The notes: a model not told the origin generated them from the letters alone. 64,000 nt of DNA from Fistulifera solaris (GCA_030295235.1 AP026147.1:682001-746000), one strand, 5' to 3'. Shown: positions 28,330 through 42,396, counted from the first letter of the stretch. Numbers and translations are program-made.

Positions 28330-30800
28330 TCGTACTTATCGTGACCACCAGCCTGTGAAACCGCGTTTGCAAGATGGACGGATAGATTAGAATGGCCATT
28401 TTTCTTGTGCACTCTTCTTCTAATCCCCATCCAACACTGGTTGTTACAGCCGAAGGCTTGGCTTGTAGTGTTGACGAGATGGTGTCATTTTCCAGTCGTC
28501 CATTATTCGTCAAGCATTGATCCATCTCATTGAATTCTTCAACATCAAACGAACGATACAGCTAGTCAATTCGTCTCCGACCGTCTTTGTTGTTAAGTCA
28601 TACAAACAATTCCAACATCTGAGGCGATAGAGGCTTGCTGAATTCAATGCCAAAGCCACATCAACTCGATGTTCATTCAACTTTGGTGCTCGCTTCTTCA
28701 TCTCATCTACTGGTTGCATCCGCGTCCGTTGTTGCATGCGGAGGAGCTGTGAGGCTGTGACTATTCCACCGAAACATTCCTGCAGAGCGTTCTCTGATAG
28801 TCGACGACTCGTCATTTTAGTGTCGAGTGAGACTAATCAAAGCTTGGATGACAGTCTTTCCGTGCATGTTGTAGTAGCAGCAGCTTGAAATCTTAGAGCT
28901 CCCGATGCAGCTGAACCCATTTCGACATTTACCGTACGTGTGAATTCATCTTTTGACAGAGGATTCTCTTCGAGTAACAAAGTTAGATTTCGTGCTTTCG
29001 TTTAGGATTTCAACAAAATACTCTTTCGACCATTCCGAGTGAACCCGGACTCGAAGTATCGCCACCGAAGTTGACACCGAGAAGATGCGCTGGCTCCGTC
29101 AATCCTTCACTTCCGGCATCGTAGTATTCCCGTCCATCGTCGCCGCTAGGATTATATGGTGTAATGAAGTCGGTAGGGCCGCCAGGGGCAATTTTTCGAC
29201 AAAGGATGCGAATTAAAAAGTAAGATTTTCGCGCTTTCGTTCAGCAATACAAACATTGCCGGTCATGTACGGCAAACAATCCTAGGCCTTGAAGAGTCCA
29301 TCGCTTTACTGAAGTTTCCAAGTCGTCGACGCTCTGAGCCAATATGATGATACTTGGTCTGGTCGTGGTCGTGACATTGATGAATGCTCGTTACTCTTTC
29401 GACACCTTGCGCTTATGCGAAGCTTGCTCATCGATGGCGAGGGAGCACTGACGTTTTTGCAAATCATCCGCAACGTTGCTTGGCGTTTTGTACCATTAAT
29501 CTGTTATGCGGTGCATCGTTTAACTAGTGTCGACGAAAATGAATTTTTCCCGCCCGTCTTTGCTGCATTGATCTCGTCAAGTATTCCCTGATCGGATCAG
29601 CAAATAGAGAAACGCCGTACAGGAAAGTCTGAATGAACTATCTATGCGTTCCATCTAAAGTCAGCCGACGCCCACAGAAAAAGAAATCAATAGAAGAAGC
29701 AAGGACATGGGCTCTTAATAAACGTCCCAATCCCCACTTCACAGACGACTCGATGATACAAGCGTCCAGAAATTGTCCCAATTCCCACTTCATGGACGCC
29801 TAGCAAGTGAGCGCTGGGCATGCATTTGCAGGAAGAACTTTGATGCATGATGGGAATCGGTGATTTAATATGAACTTGCCATGCCGCGAAATGCTAGCCA
29901 GCTCAGCGCACTACAAGTGGCTTGCGATAAATCGGCGATCATTCCTCTTTCGTTTTTGCCCCCGGCACGTCTCCATTTTACTATCCATGCAATTATTCGT
30001 GGACTAGACTACTTCAGTAAGCGCACTGATATTTTCGACACTGAAATAGGCCAAAGATCACGGGAGAATTCACGGCCAGTCGTTCAAAGAATCGCCCACC
30101 ACTTGATCTCTCATCAACGAACAATTCCGATTTTATTCGCGTTAGTACGACAATCTTCGATAAAGTCTTTCGTACGTTCGTACGCACTAAAGATGGTTGC
30201 AAGCTGTAGTTGACAACATGCGGATTGATGAGTATGATGCGCATGGTTGTTGAGTGCTTTTGTTCGAAAACACGGACGGCAATGACTTCGGGTCGTGTGA
30301 CCGGTGCAATCATGGCAATGGTGTCAGTTTCGTCATATTGCTCTTTCAAGGAGGGCAAAACATTGCTTGCAGAGCCCGAAAGACCAAATCTTCCTTATCC
30401 GCTCCTTCCGATATACTAGCGTCGCCAAACAGAGTTTGCAACTTGAATTCTTTGTCTATCAATCGTTTCCGTGTCTCGTGTTTATGACTTTTTTTTGAAA
30501 ATAGATGCAATCGGACTAGACGTTCATGACGAATCATCCATTGCCGCGTACTTTGCTAAGAACCCAAGCTTCGAAAGAGTCATCATACAACACAGTCATT
30601 TCTTCCGAATTGTTGTCCTCTTTCTTCTTCATTTTCTCCTTCCTCCACGTCATCTTATATAAACAACACGGCTATTTGTTCACATACACGGCAGTAAAGA
30701 TTTTTGCTGCTAGACGGAGCTTGTTTGCTTGCTTACAATGCTCGCATCAACGTTGTCATCACGCTGTGCTGAATGAGACGCCCTACCAGCAATCGCCAGT
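28330..30800 (-). pseudogene. Possible decayed coding sequence of unknown origin
   Basis: Coding-like composition, but only short interrupted ORFs (28510-28815, 30014-30358, 30346-30537) and no recognisable motif. Confidence 0.25.
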
Positions 30801-30929
30801 ACTGTATCGTTCTATCGTCTTCCCTGTCGTTAATACAGTAGTGGCAATCGCAAATTGCTGATCTGCTAATCGGCGATGTTTCGCGTGATGATCTCTTGAA
30901 CGGCTGCCAATTGGTGTTGTCGGAATAAA

Positions 30930-31097
30930 ACCACTCTCCCACATTTTCTGGAAACGTGAAAACCCCACCCCCACATTTTTTCGGAGAAGTGAAAAGAACA
31001 CTCTCCCACATTTTCTGGACATGTGAAAAGAACACACTCCCACATTTTCTGGAGACGTGAAAAGAACACTCTCCCACAATTTCTGGAGAGGTGAAAA
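30930..31097 (+). repeat. ~34-bp minisatellite, 5 units
   Basis: ctcccacattttctggagacgtgaaaagaacact repeated with variation. Confidence 0.9.
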
Positions 31098-31379
31098 TAT
31101 CGCAAACATAAGTATTACTCCGTAAAAAATAATACAAGTAGCGACCGACAGCTTCATCAACAATGGATAACTTGCAATCTTCACATCATTGAACGATGAT
31201 AGTCTGCAACGACTTTCAGACTTTGATGACAGAGAGCGGTTGACAGTTAAGAACAGGCTAAGTCTTCTTTCATTTCCAGCAAGAGCTGAGACACTCAGGT
31301 AAAGTTTCACCGTAGGTGAATCAACATCGAGCTTATGAAAATTGGGCGAACGAACAAATTGTAAAGGTAGTAGCATTAT

Positions 31380-32095
31380 GTCTGTTTTTGACTCAAATAA
31401 CTGGTCCAGAATTTCTGGCTGACACAAAACCACGGATTCCAGATTTTCTTGAATTTGCACAAACTGGCTGTAATTCTCGAAACACTAGTTCCCGTATAGA
31501 AGGAAAGTCCACAGCATTTCTGTATGACCCAAAACACCGATTCCAGAATATCTGGAACGTGCACGAAACGTCTGGTTTGACTCGAAACAACTGGTCCAGA
31601 ATTTCTGGACCAGTCACACAGAATTTCTGGACCAGTCACACAGAATTTCTGGCTGACACAAAACCACGGACTCCAGATTTTCTGGAATATGCACTCACTG
31701 GCTGTAATTCTCAAAATACTAGTTCTCGGATATCCCGAATCTCCACAGCATTTCTGTTTTTCGCAAAACACCGACATCAGAATATCTGGAACCTGTACGA
31801 AACGTATGTTTTGACTCCAAACAACTTTCTGGAACAGTCACACAGAATTTCTGGCTGATACAAAACAACGGATTCCAGATTTTCTGGAATATGCACTCAC
31901 TGGCTGTAATTCTCAAAACACTAATTTCCGACTATCAGGAACGTTCCCAGCAATTCTGTTTCTCACAAAGCACCGATTTCAGAATATCTGGAGCGTGCAC
32001 GAAACGTCTGTTTTTGACTCGAAACAACTGGTCCAGAATTTCTGGACCAGTCACACAGAATTTCTGGCTGACACAAAACCACCGATTCCAGAAGC
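31380..32095 (-). repeat. CCAGAAATTCTGG satellite in reverse orientation
   Basis: Recurring ctggtccagaatttctggaccagtcacacagaatttctgg and ggattccagattttct with a ~203-233 bp period. Confidence 0.85.
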
Positions 32096-32104
32096 AATGC
32101 CGAG

Positions 32105-32640
32105 AGATGCTTTGCGACACAAATAGTTGCGTTTCGAATGAAGATGAAGTTCATATATTGGTTTTTCCATGGTATTTGATTATACACTTCGTGCTTTTCT
32201 TTGTGGACAACTTTGGTGCCCTCATTGCTTCGGTGGCGTTTCAAGTGACTGAAATTAAGTCGCGATCGCGTACAACCAACACTTTACGACCATAGTGAAA
32301 ATGATGGCAGTTGACGATACGGATGCTTTTCGAAGCAAATACCAGTAGTTGCGTTTCGAATGAAGATGATAGTTAGATCATATATTGGTATTTCCATGGC
32401 ATTCGATTATACACTTCGCGGTTTTTTTATGTGGACAACTTTGCTCACATTATTGCTTCGGTGCCGTTCAAGTGACTGAAATTTAGTCGCGATGGCGTAC
32501 AACCAACACTTTACCATTATAGTAAAAATGGCAGTGGATGATACGGATGCTTTTCGACGCAAATTATTGCGTTTCGAATGAAGATGATACTGGTAGTTAG
32601 TTCAAATATTGGTATTTCCATGGCATTCGATTTTTACATC
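32105..32640 (+). repeat. ~220-bp tandem repeat, about 2.4 units
   Basis: gcgtttcgaatgaagatga at 32129, 32351 and 32569. Confidence 0.88.
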
Positions 32641-32654
32641 GCATAGACTAAAAT

Positions 32655-34239
32655 TCGACATCAACTAACTTGACTCAAGACGAAGAAATGAGGAAAGATG
32701 CAAGGCAGCGAAAGTCTACGACGAATGCACGTAGGCCTCGTAGGAATTTTATCGATGTAAGTACGAGACTACAGACGAGACTACAGATTTCGTTATAGTC
32801 AGTAAGGTTACTTGTAGTCAGTAGCAACACCTCACACCTCGCGATGAGGCCTTCGATCGATCGTTCGTCGTCTGCTGTCGTCTCGTTATTGTCGCCTTTA
32901 TTTTTTGCACTTCTCATTCATAATGATCTTGATGAATAATAATTAACTTCTCATGTTTGATTTGTATTTCGTTTCTACCTTGCTCTAGTCATCAATCCCG
33001 TTTTCGTCGGAGACGCAAATTGGCGATCGAAAACTGGTCTCGAAAACGGAAACGGCTGAAAAGAAACGGCGCTCCGCACGACTTAACTCGACAATCAACC
33101 TGTCGCATCCTTCTTTCTTCTCACAAATCGCACCTTGTGTCAAATCACATACGAAGTGCGATTTGTCACTCACAGAGCAGTGAATCTTTTCACTCGCTCA
33201 CCTTGTTTCTATTTTGCGTATTGCAGTCAGATAATATAATGATCTTCGTCCGCAGGGAAGCCTCATACTGACGGGTAGTGCACGGGCCCTGCGGAGTAGC
33301 TTCCTGCCACATTGGGAGCAACGAGAAATCGCGTGTGCCTTGAGCCTCCGTCCTTCTCTTGCTCTGGAGAGAGGCCGAGTGATGTGCTGAGCCCTGAGGC
33401 CTTCACCGCTCCTCGCCTCAAATTCTCTGTTTCAAGGAATGAGTGTATGTGCTGTGCCTTGGGGCCTTCACCGCTCCTCGCCTTGATTCTCTTTTCAAAG
33501 CGCCATGGCAAAGACCATGGGCAAAGTGCGGCCTGAGGGTAACTTCAGTGTTGGTACCAGCGTATGCGTGGCAGGTTGCGTAGTAAGAGGAGAGAAGCTT
33601 ACTCGACACCCAAAGATGGTGTCGTGCGGGAGGAAAAAGCCTCCCAGCAGAAATCCACGGTGACGACCTGGTATGTAATCACTCCGTAAAGTTGCCATGG
33701 AAATTCCACGACAGAGGAGGATGGCACCAACGGCGACGGCCTCAAAAGAGGACTGATACGACCGATTGCGATGACCATACCTATCCCGGTGGCGTCCCCC
33801 AGATTCGTGGCCGACCCCCGCTAAAGGAGGGCCGACTGAAAACCAGCTGGAAGAGGTTAGCTCCATAGTAAGGCAGCATGGTAGAAATTCCACCCGAAGG
33901 ATGACCCCGGCGACAAAAGTCGACTGAGAAGGCATACCTTGAGGTGGCGGCCCCGTGTTAGGGTAAAGTCCCAGCATCGAGAAGGCTCGCTCTACCCGAC
34001 CCCAAAGGGGGGTTGTTTGATTGCATAAGCATACGCGTCCCCCGTCCGACAAAGGGCGGCGCCCAAAAGAGGTGAAAAATGGATCACAAAGTGTAAGCTC
34101 TCTTCCACACAGTCTCGGTCAAAGGACTGAGACTGCGCCAGCAAAAAGCTGGCCTATAAGATCAATCTGACGCAAAAGTAAAAGTACAATAAAGAAAATA
34201 ATATTATTAGAAACGAGCAACACAAAAGAAGAACCGCTT
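32655..34239. mobile_element. Dispersed non-coding element, copy 3 (diverged left flank, conserved core from 33202)
   Basis: 32955-34239 is near-identical to 18335-19613. 32655-32950 is only loosely similar to 18085-18330. Confidence 0.75.
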
Positions 34240-34402
34240 TATACTCAGCAGGTTGGTAGCGGCAGTAGAATCTTCCCCTTGTACTGGTTGTTACCAATAG
34301 GATTCGATTTTTCAATAAAAAGTATGCTCATCTCGAATCCAGTGACAAAGTATTATGTTAGAGTACTGTTTCTTTCTATTTTTCGGAAACTCTCAGGCAA
34401 GA

Positions 34403-35279
34403 TTAATTGATCAAATCACTCGACGCGCACACTTCCGCATGACTCATCCGGCGTTCACTTTGAGCCCGCAACTTTCGTAAAAATGTCGGGCGGGTTGTAT
34501 CTTTGCTCTGTCTTCGTTGAAGGGACCGCTCGCTGTGGCTTTTTCTCTGGTCACCACATTTACGTCGATCAGGTAGAATAGAATCAATATCAATGGAATT
34601 CCCTTCAATCTCCTGGAGCTGACTGGTAACACTGTCATCATTTGTCATGACATCTTTCTTTGGTCGGTTGGAGTTGCGTCGTATCTTTTGTAAAAAAGCA
34701 TGCTTGTGTCGCGGTGCCTTAGATGTATCGAGAGAGTGTTCTCCATCTTGTATCGCAACAGAGTCGAGATTTTCATTGGAACCGTTCTTCTCATGGTCAC
34801 TATTCGACGATTCTTTCCGCCATGCTGGAATCGGAGGAGGAGCTGATGACGACATTCGCATGCCCCATTGTTGCAACTGCAAATGTTTTTGCAAAACCGG
34901 AAATTGTAGTAACATGACCAGCGGCTCTAATTCTTCTAGGTCGGCCGTTCTTAGTGTCGTCAGGTCGGGGAGACTTCCGGACTGGACGTATCTGACCAGA
35001 ATATCAAACAAATACGGAGCGGTGCGTAGTGAATACTGAATGGGCGCCGCGTTGCGCGGCAGACGAGAGAAAAAAGCTCGTTGTCGGAGAAGGAATCGTC
35101 CATGGGAGTCTACGAAGCTTGTCGAATAGGTTTGGCTCCAGCGAGTAGAGCTGACCGGATACTGTCACAGGAATCAACTCGAGCGATTGCGATGGATCGG
35201 GTGTTTGCGGCTCGGTACAGTCGTTCCTTGTGCTATCGTAATCCCAGGAATCAAAAGATGCTAGGTTGTTCGGAGTCAT
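34403..35279 (-). CDS. Hypothetical protein with a BTB/POZ (KCTD-like) N-terminal region, one frameshift
   Basis: IPVTVSGQLYSL...KLRRLPW, then (shifted at the homopolymer near 35070) YSLRTAPYLFDILVRYVQSGSLP...LEELEPLVMLLQF, a pattern typical of BTB_2 domains. Confidence 0.55.
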
Positions 35280-35808
35280 GGCTTGTTATTAGGTTGAAAA
35301 TAGTTGATGAAGGCGATTGTTTGATGATGTTGCTCATAAAGAAGATGCAAAAGGTAAAAGTTTGAAGTGTGCGCGTGCGGATCTTTGTTTTGTTTCATGT
35401 TCGCGGTGCGGTTCGCCTTGTGATTTTGACTATTTCTATTTAAAGGAAGCGTTACCCTCGACCACTTTTCATAGACGCTGCACATTAAGTAAAGCGGCTA
35501 AAGAAGTTTTATGATTATTGGGAAAATTTGATTTCGACATAATGAAATTGTTTCGCGGTACTTGTATTGCGTTGTTTGTCGACGACGTCAACCTAACCCT
35601 TAATGTTCGTGGAATGGGAGCAGAAAATCCCAAAGACCTTTCGTTTTTCTTTCACACTTGCTCCTTTTCTCCACAATTTCTTGCGACGCAAATGTGAACA
35701 AATGAACATAAAAGCATATCAATACCTGGTAGAGTCTACATAAATAACACAGAAGACATATAAAACGCGCATTGCTGAATGAGAGCAACAACAAGATTGA
35801 ACACAACG

Positions 35809-38800
35809 ATGACAAGCCATCCTTCGCAAAAACATCCGCTTTGTGAGAAAGATGCTACAAAAGAGAAAGCTGCTTCCACAGACGTATTCGTTCAAATTAA
35901 ACCCTACGAGTGGTCGAAAGCTCGCGTATTAACAGAAACCGAGTCGGAAGCAACAGTGCAAGTCTTTGACAAGAGCAACATTGGCGTGTCGATTCAAACA
36001 GTATCCTTGAACGATTATCCGCATCAGCGTTTGCCTTTGCAAAATGTAAATGTATACGATGATTTGATTGATCTACCCTTTCTTCACGAGGTAAGTAAAA
36101 ACGCAAATACCAGTTGATGTATGTAGTTCCGATTCTCACACGACTATCTCGACAATATTCGTAGCCCGGAGTCTTGTGGAATCTACGGTCGCGTCACGCG
36201 AATTGTCATCCTTACACGCGATCGGGTCCAAACGTGTTGATTGCTGTCAATCCGTATCAATGGCTGTCACAATTGTACACTTCAAAAGAGCAAGAACGTT
36301 ATCGTCATTCGACGAACGAAAAGCTTCCTCCGCACGTTTACGAAATGGCGCAGCAAGCCTACCAAGGTTTGTCACAACAAAATCAGAGCATTCTCGTTTC
36401 GGGTGAATCCGGAGCCGGAAAGACGGAAACAGTGAAACTGTGCATGCGTTTCCTTTCCCAGTACGGAGATTCAAAGATCACCGACCGTCTTTGGTATGCA
36501 AATCCAGTATTGGAAGCTTTCGGGAACGCCGCAACCAAACGCAACGACAACAGTAGCCGTTTTGGAAAGTTTTTGACCTTACAGTTTGATGTCGATTGTC
36601 AATTGGTGGGCGGTCGTTGTGACATCTATTTGCTAGAGAAAAGTCGTGTCGTAGGAATAGCGCCCGGAGAGCGAAACTTTCATATACTGCACCAAATCGC
36701 TGCAGCCGGCACCGTGGCCAATTTAACGAGTCCGTGTTCCGAGTTCAAGTGTTTGACGGGAAAACGGAAAGAGTCAGATCGCTCGGATTATGCAACGACA
36801 CTTGAAGCGTTGCACAAAATGGGAATCTGCGGAGAAGATCTACATACGCTTCAACAAGCGCTATGGGTGATTCTGCATTCGAGTAATGTCGTGTTCGCCA
36901 ATGACGACGGCCGCCACGACAGTCGAGCCCATGTCGAGGACGAATCATCGATCACCATCCTTGCGGACTTACTGGGAGTGGAACTACCGTTTCTAGCGGA
37001 ATCTCTGACGATCAAGACCATGCACGCTGGAAAGAATAGCAAGATACAAGTCCCCCTTACTGTCGAACAAGCTCGTGAAGGGTGTCATGCCTTTGCCAAG
37101 GAATTGTACGCCCAAGCATTTCATTGGCTTGTAGAGCAAGTTAATCGGGCAACTACGTCGCCCAACGAGACAAGAAGCATCGGTATATTGGATATCTTCG
37201 GCTTTGAGTCCTTCGAAGAAAACCACTTTGAGCAATTTTGCATCAACTATGCCAACGAAGTGCTGCAAAGTAAATTCGCTGAAGACGTCTTTCAGTCCCT
37301 CCTTACTGAGTTTCGCGAGGAGGAAATAGATCTGGGTGTTGGCTACGACACGAACCGCGATGTGTTGGAATTAATGTCCAACGGAGTGCTATCGTTTCTC
37401 AGCGAAGAATGCATTCGCCCACAGGGTACGGAGGCTGTATTTGTTAGGAAACTGCATCAATCTTACGGTGCGTCTTCTCGGTTTGTGCAAGGCGACTCAC
37501 AGCACACGTTCGGTATCCGGCATTTTGCCGAGACTGTCATTTATGATGCCCATGGCTTCATTGAAACAAACCGCGATAAAGTTCCAAGTAATTTGCTAAG
37601 CCTTTGTTCTAGTTCGACGAATCATATTGTGAACCGCGTAGCGTTATTGCACGGGATTTCGCAATCAAACATGGTGAAGAACACGGTGCTGTTCAAGTTC
37701 AACAAGCAGCTAGTGGCTCTCATGAGGTCGTTAAACAGCACAAGAACGCAATACATTCGATGCATAAAGCCAAACCTTTGCAACGAACCTCTAAAAGTAA
37801 AAGACGGAGTCATACTTCGTCAGCTTCAATCCAGCGGTGTCGTAGCAGCCGTTGCAATCGCCAGATCTTCATTTCCTCACCAAATGGACCACTGCAAGAT
37901 CATGCGAAGATTTCGATGCTTTGGTGCTCGTCTTAACGCTTCCGCACCAACAAAGGTGCAAGTCATGTGCTCGCTAGTGATCGCCATGCGAGACTACAAG
38001 GGACCTTGCGACGAAACATTTTCTGATGCAGTCATGGTGGGAAGAACTCGAGCCTACTTTCGATATAATGCCCTGGAATACCTGGAGCACAAGCGAAATA
38101 GCAACTTTGAATTCTTCGCTCTTATAATTCAAAGTCAATTCAGGGGCTTTGTTATTCGCCGTGACTTGGCAAGGCACCGTGACGCCGCTATACGAATTGC
38201 TAGCTGGGTACGATCGTTTCAGGCCAGAGCACTGGTAAAGAAGATGCCTGGTAGCGCACATCGCATTCAGCACTGGTATCGCTCTCACAAAGTCCGTCGC
38301 CGAAAAGACATCAAAATAAATGTGGCAAAGAAGATTGAGATAAACTGTATCAGATCTCCGTCGTGTACTATTCAGGATCGTTGCCATTTCGCAGCAATTA
38401 AAATTCAGCAACTTGTTCGCCGCTTCCATCAAAGAAATCACTTGCAAGTCTTATCGAAGCAAGAAGAAGCCAGAGGCGTGGATTGTCACGTCGCAGCAAA
38501 TCTTTGTACGAGTCGGCTTGGAAGTCCGATCTCGGTGTTGATTGAATCCGAGAGCGCGATCGAAACCAAGCCAGCAGACCGGCGTTTCTCCCGGCAGCAC
38601 ACAATGTACAAGATAGAGAACATGGAAACTCCGCGACGAGATCAATCGGCTTCAAGTGAGAAATAAGGAATTGATTTTGCAAAATGATTTGATTAAGGCT
38701 GAGAACGATCAGTCCCAATCCGATAACGAGCGTCTACGAACAGAGCTTCATGCTATCAGAACCGAGATTCCCTCGTCGTCTTCCTCGCAAACCGAAGACC

Positions 38801-39426
38801 ACCTTTTGATAAGTCCAGTTGAATACAGTTTCGACCCCAACAACATGGATACGACACAAGAAAGTTCTGACGCTTCCTGGTTTTCATCCATCAATCCGCG
38901 CACTAAAACATCCTCACGAACCTCGCTGGGAGTGAGTGCTGGCGACAGGGCAAAGATTCGACGAAGATCCAATTTCTTCAAGTCGACGACTCTGTATACC
39001 CCCTCGTTGGAATCATCTGCTCCTCAAACGGAGATAAGCACTGTTGAGAAGAAGTACATTGATCTGAAACAAGACTATCAAAGACAGCTAGAGCGCAACC
39101 GTCGTCTGACCGAAACCAACGAAAGCATGCAAACTGTTCTGTTTGAATTGAATGAGGGAATGGGCCAACTGAGTAAAATGAATCGCGACCTTCGAGAAGT
39201 CATCCATCACTATCGCTCTATTTTCGCCGGCAATTCAAACGACCGACATCTAGAACGGTTAATGTCCGTGCCTGTCAAGCTCGAGCATGCCGAACGTTCT
39301 GTGAATAGCGCCACTAGTGTTTCGGACAGCACGCTAGCAAGTCAATCTTGTCCCTTGTTTAACAAAAAGGCACATTTCACGTTCGACCCGGCCGCAGCGA
39401 AAGCCATTTTCGGAGTAAAGCGGTGA
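35809..39426 (+). CDS. Myosin heavy chain (motor, about 4 IQ-like motifs, coiled-coil tail)
   Basis: Intron 36091-36164 (LPFLHE|PGVLWNL); LIAVNPY, GESGAGKT, NPVLEAFGNAATKRNDNSSRFGK, LDIFGFE and YIRCIKPN. The tail ORF 38656-39426 is probably joined through a 1-nt indel. An alternative ATG lies at 35779. Confidence 0.92.
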
Positions 39427-39924
39427 AGAGTGTAGATTTTTGCTGTAGAAACGATCACGGCTTACAATTTGTGATAGCAAGAGTATCCCCCTTATAACGA
39501 TTGATTTGCTCGAAGCTCTCCCTCAAAACGTCTCTATTCTGAATGATTGACAGAGCATTCTGAGAAACGAGCCAATCTTTCCGACCGGGGTTAAAGTTAA
39601 AAAAGGGTTTAGTTGATAAAATGATCATCTCCTTGCGAAAGTGTTTTTAGTCAACAATGATACTTCTCATGGTGTCATCTAGCTAGTCGATACTGCGGCC
39701 AGTCCAGTCTCGCTGCGCGCTGGTTGTGTTATTTCAGTGTCGATGACGCGCCGATCAGGTCATTGTTTTAATTGAATGAATGAGAATGATATGCTTGCTT
39801 TCCTTTGCAACGAATGAGTTATGTTTGAGATTGAGCGCAGCGCGTCTGCTTCCTGCGGGCGGGCGTTATTATTTCTTGATGCCTCATCGCGGGGCTTTGC
39901 TACTTGCTACAGGACTATAGCGGA

Positions 39925-40110
39925 AACTGTAGATTACTTTTTTTATCGATAAAATTCCTACGACGCCAACGTGAAACTCACGTAGACGTTGCATGCCTTG
40001 CATCTTTCCTGATTTCTTTCACTTTGAGTCAAATTGATGTCAACTTGTACGTTGAACGGTTAGGTTGCTGCGTTGGAGATAAGGTTACAGTCACTTTTGT
40101 TGACTAAGAA
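39925..40110 (-). repeat. Inverted, diverged copy of the element's left-flank sequence
   Basis: The reverse complement matches 18025-18215 (aaaagtgactg...gatatcaacttgactca...cgtaggattttt atc). Confidence 0.65.
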
Positions 40111-40129
40111 CTTTTGTCATGAAGAATTC

Positions 40130-40890
40130 AAAAGCGAAGTATTCTGGAATTTGCACGTTCTTGCGTTATCATCCAAAATATGCTTTCCACGATATCTGAA
40201 AGGTGCACTGTTTTTCGTTACGATTTGAAACACCCTGCCCAGAAGTTCTGGAGCGTCAACAGCATCTTTGTAAGATCGAAAAATATGGTCCAGAATTTCT
40301 GGACCAAGACAGATTTTCTGTATGATTGACCTAATTTTTCCAGAATTTCTGGAATTTGCACGTTCTTGCGTTATCATCCAAAACATGGTTTTATAGTTTC
40401 TGGAAGGCGCACTGTCTTTCGTTACGATTCGAGACACCATGCCCAGAAGTTCTGAAGCGTGAACAGCATTTTTGTAAGATCGAAAAAGTGGTCCAGAAAT
40501 TCTGGACTAGGACAGATTTTCTGTATGATTGACTTAACATTTCCAGAATTTCTGGAATTTCCACGTTGTTTCGATATCATCCAAAATATGCTTTCCACGA
40601 TATCTGGAAGGTGCACTGTTTTTCGCTACGATTTGAAACACCCTGCCCAGAAGTACTGGAGCGTGAACAGCATCTTAGAAAGATTGAAAAAGTGGTCCAG
40701 AATTTCTGGCCACCACAGATTTTCTGTATGATTGACCTAATTTTTCCAGAATATTTTTCGTACTACGTAGTCTATAATCATTCACGCACCTTGGTTTCCA
40801 TAATTTCTGGAAGGCGCACTGTTTTTCGTTACATCGAAACACCCTGCCCAGAAGTTTTGGAGCGTCAACAGCATTTTAGAAAGATCGAAT
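40130..40890 (-). repeat. 204-bp CCAGAAATTCTGG-family satellite, about 3.7 units
   Basis: gcactgt.tttcg at 40205, 40409, 40613 and 40816. Confidence 0.9.
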
Positions 40891-41598
40891 ATAAAACGTT
40901 CTTTCCTATTATTGCCTTTCTTATTCATCCTCTGATGGATGCACGGCAAGAGACATCTGGGAGTTTCGTTTTCAAGGATTGCTGCGATTGACGACGCACA
41001 AAGTGAAGGATCATTATTGATGGCATTAAACTGATACCGATGTAATAAAACGTGATTGATGATGGCTCTTAATCTTGCTGCAACTTCGTGAAGGTAACCA
41101 ATTTCTATAAGGTAGACCATCAAGCCTGCCATCAGTCTTGCGAACAACGAACATTTCATTTGCATTCTCATAGCCAGAGAGGAAATCGATTTCCGTTCTA
41201 TCCGAAACTATGAGTATTTATTACTTCACGACAAATGCTTCTTCGTGAACACGGTGCAGGAAAGCATTTCAAAGAAAAAAAGGGTTTCTGAGCGACAAAC
41301 TTGTTTCCTCTTGATGAAATCAAAGATTGGCATAATCCGATTGATCATCCAGGACCGAGAAACATAGGACCGGACTGCCTTCAACGCGATCTTTCCATTT
41401 TTTAGCGCATAACATACAGTCGGGCATTGTGAAAAGCTTAATGGAGTCACACAAATCCTCTGAGAAAAGCTTCATGATCAACATGACTCGAATGCAGTCT
41501 AATATGGATGGTCCAGCGAGCTGAACTTCAAGAAAAAAAAGCAACGGGCGGAAGAGCTACTTCGTCAACGAGTTGCTAAAGCGTTCAATCAACTAGAC

Positions 41599-42396
41599 AT
41601 GAACCAGTATTCTGATGAGCAACCGGGCCATCGGATGGAACCTGATGTAGGAATTTTCGACGGGCAACTGGAGCTGGACGCGCTCAAGGAAGAGCTAAAG
41701 TTATTGAAAAAGGAAGTAATTGCACTTCGGGCAGAGAACCGGATACTGAGGTGTCAAATAACGAACTTAACTTTGACAGCAGGGACGAGTATCGAGCCGC
41801 CAGCATTGGATTCTTCAAAGGCATCAAACGATCATAAAGCAAAGAGTCGTCGTTTTCTTGGTTTCAGCGTCAACTCATTGTTTATCTTCTCAAAATGGCA
41901 AGGAAAAACTCAATCTGCCTGCAAGTCGCGAATACAGAAAAGGAGTTGGTGGTCGTTATCGCGTTATCCAAATACTACATTGAATCCGACATTGCCCGCT
42001 TTTGTCTCAATAGATCGTCAAACAAACAATCAGAACATTCTTTCGTCGCAAGTGGAATGGGATAAAATTCTAAAAATTTATCACGAGTTACTTGAACGTG
42101 ATGCATCAAGCAGACAGAACGTGGCGGAACTCAATCAACATAATGTCATTTTGCAAAGAAACAATGACGAATTGCTCCAATCTCTGGGTCGCTATTGCGA
42201 GCAACAACGTTCAAGTAGTACGGAACCAGCAGTACCCTTAAACGTTACAGTAAATCGGGCCTCTTGCTTTTGTGGTGTCAGCGGTGATGAAGAAACATGG
42301 AATGACCTACAACAAAATGGCGACGATCTCTCAGAGTTAAGTGCCTTCCCTGTCACGGCTTTAGCATTCACTCCTATTCAACGTATTGACTTGTAG
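41599..42396 (+). CDS. Hypothetical coiled-coil protein
   Basis: 265-aa ORF with heptad segments (LDALKEELKLLKKEVIALRAENRILR). It may extend upstream to about 41441 through a frameshift. Confidence 0.55.
   Translation: MNQYSDEQPGHRMEPDVGIFDGQLELDALKEELKLLKKEVIALRAENRILRCQITNLTLTAGTSIEPPALDSSKASNDHKAKSRRFLGFSVNSLFIFSKWQGKTQSACKSRIQKRSWWSLSRYPNTTLNPTLPAFVSIDRQTNNQNILSSQVEWDKILKIYHELLERDASSRQNVAELNQHNVILQRNNDELLQSLGRYCEQQRSSSTEPAVPLNVTVNRASCFCGVSGDEETWNDLQQNGDDLSELSAFPVTALAFTPIQRIDL

Noticed and set aside
30930..31097. CRISPR array
   Set aside because: The units are contiguous with no unique spacers, there are no cas genes, and the context is eukaryotic.
30783..32295. ORFs of 130-225 aa within satellite arrays
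   Set aside because: They are translations of tandem repeats with no protein features.
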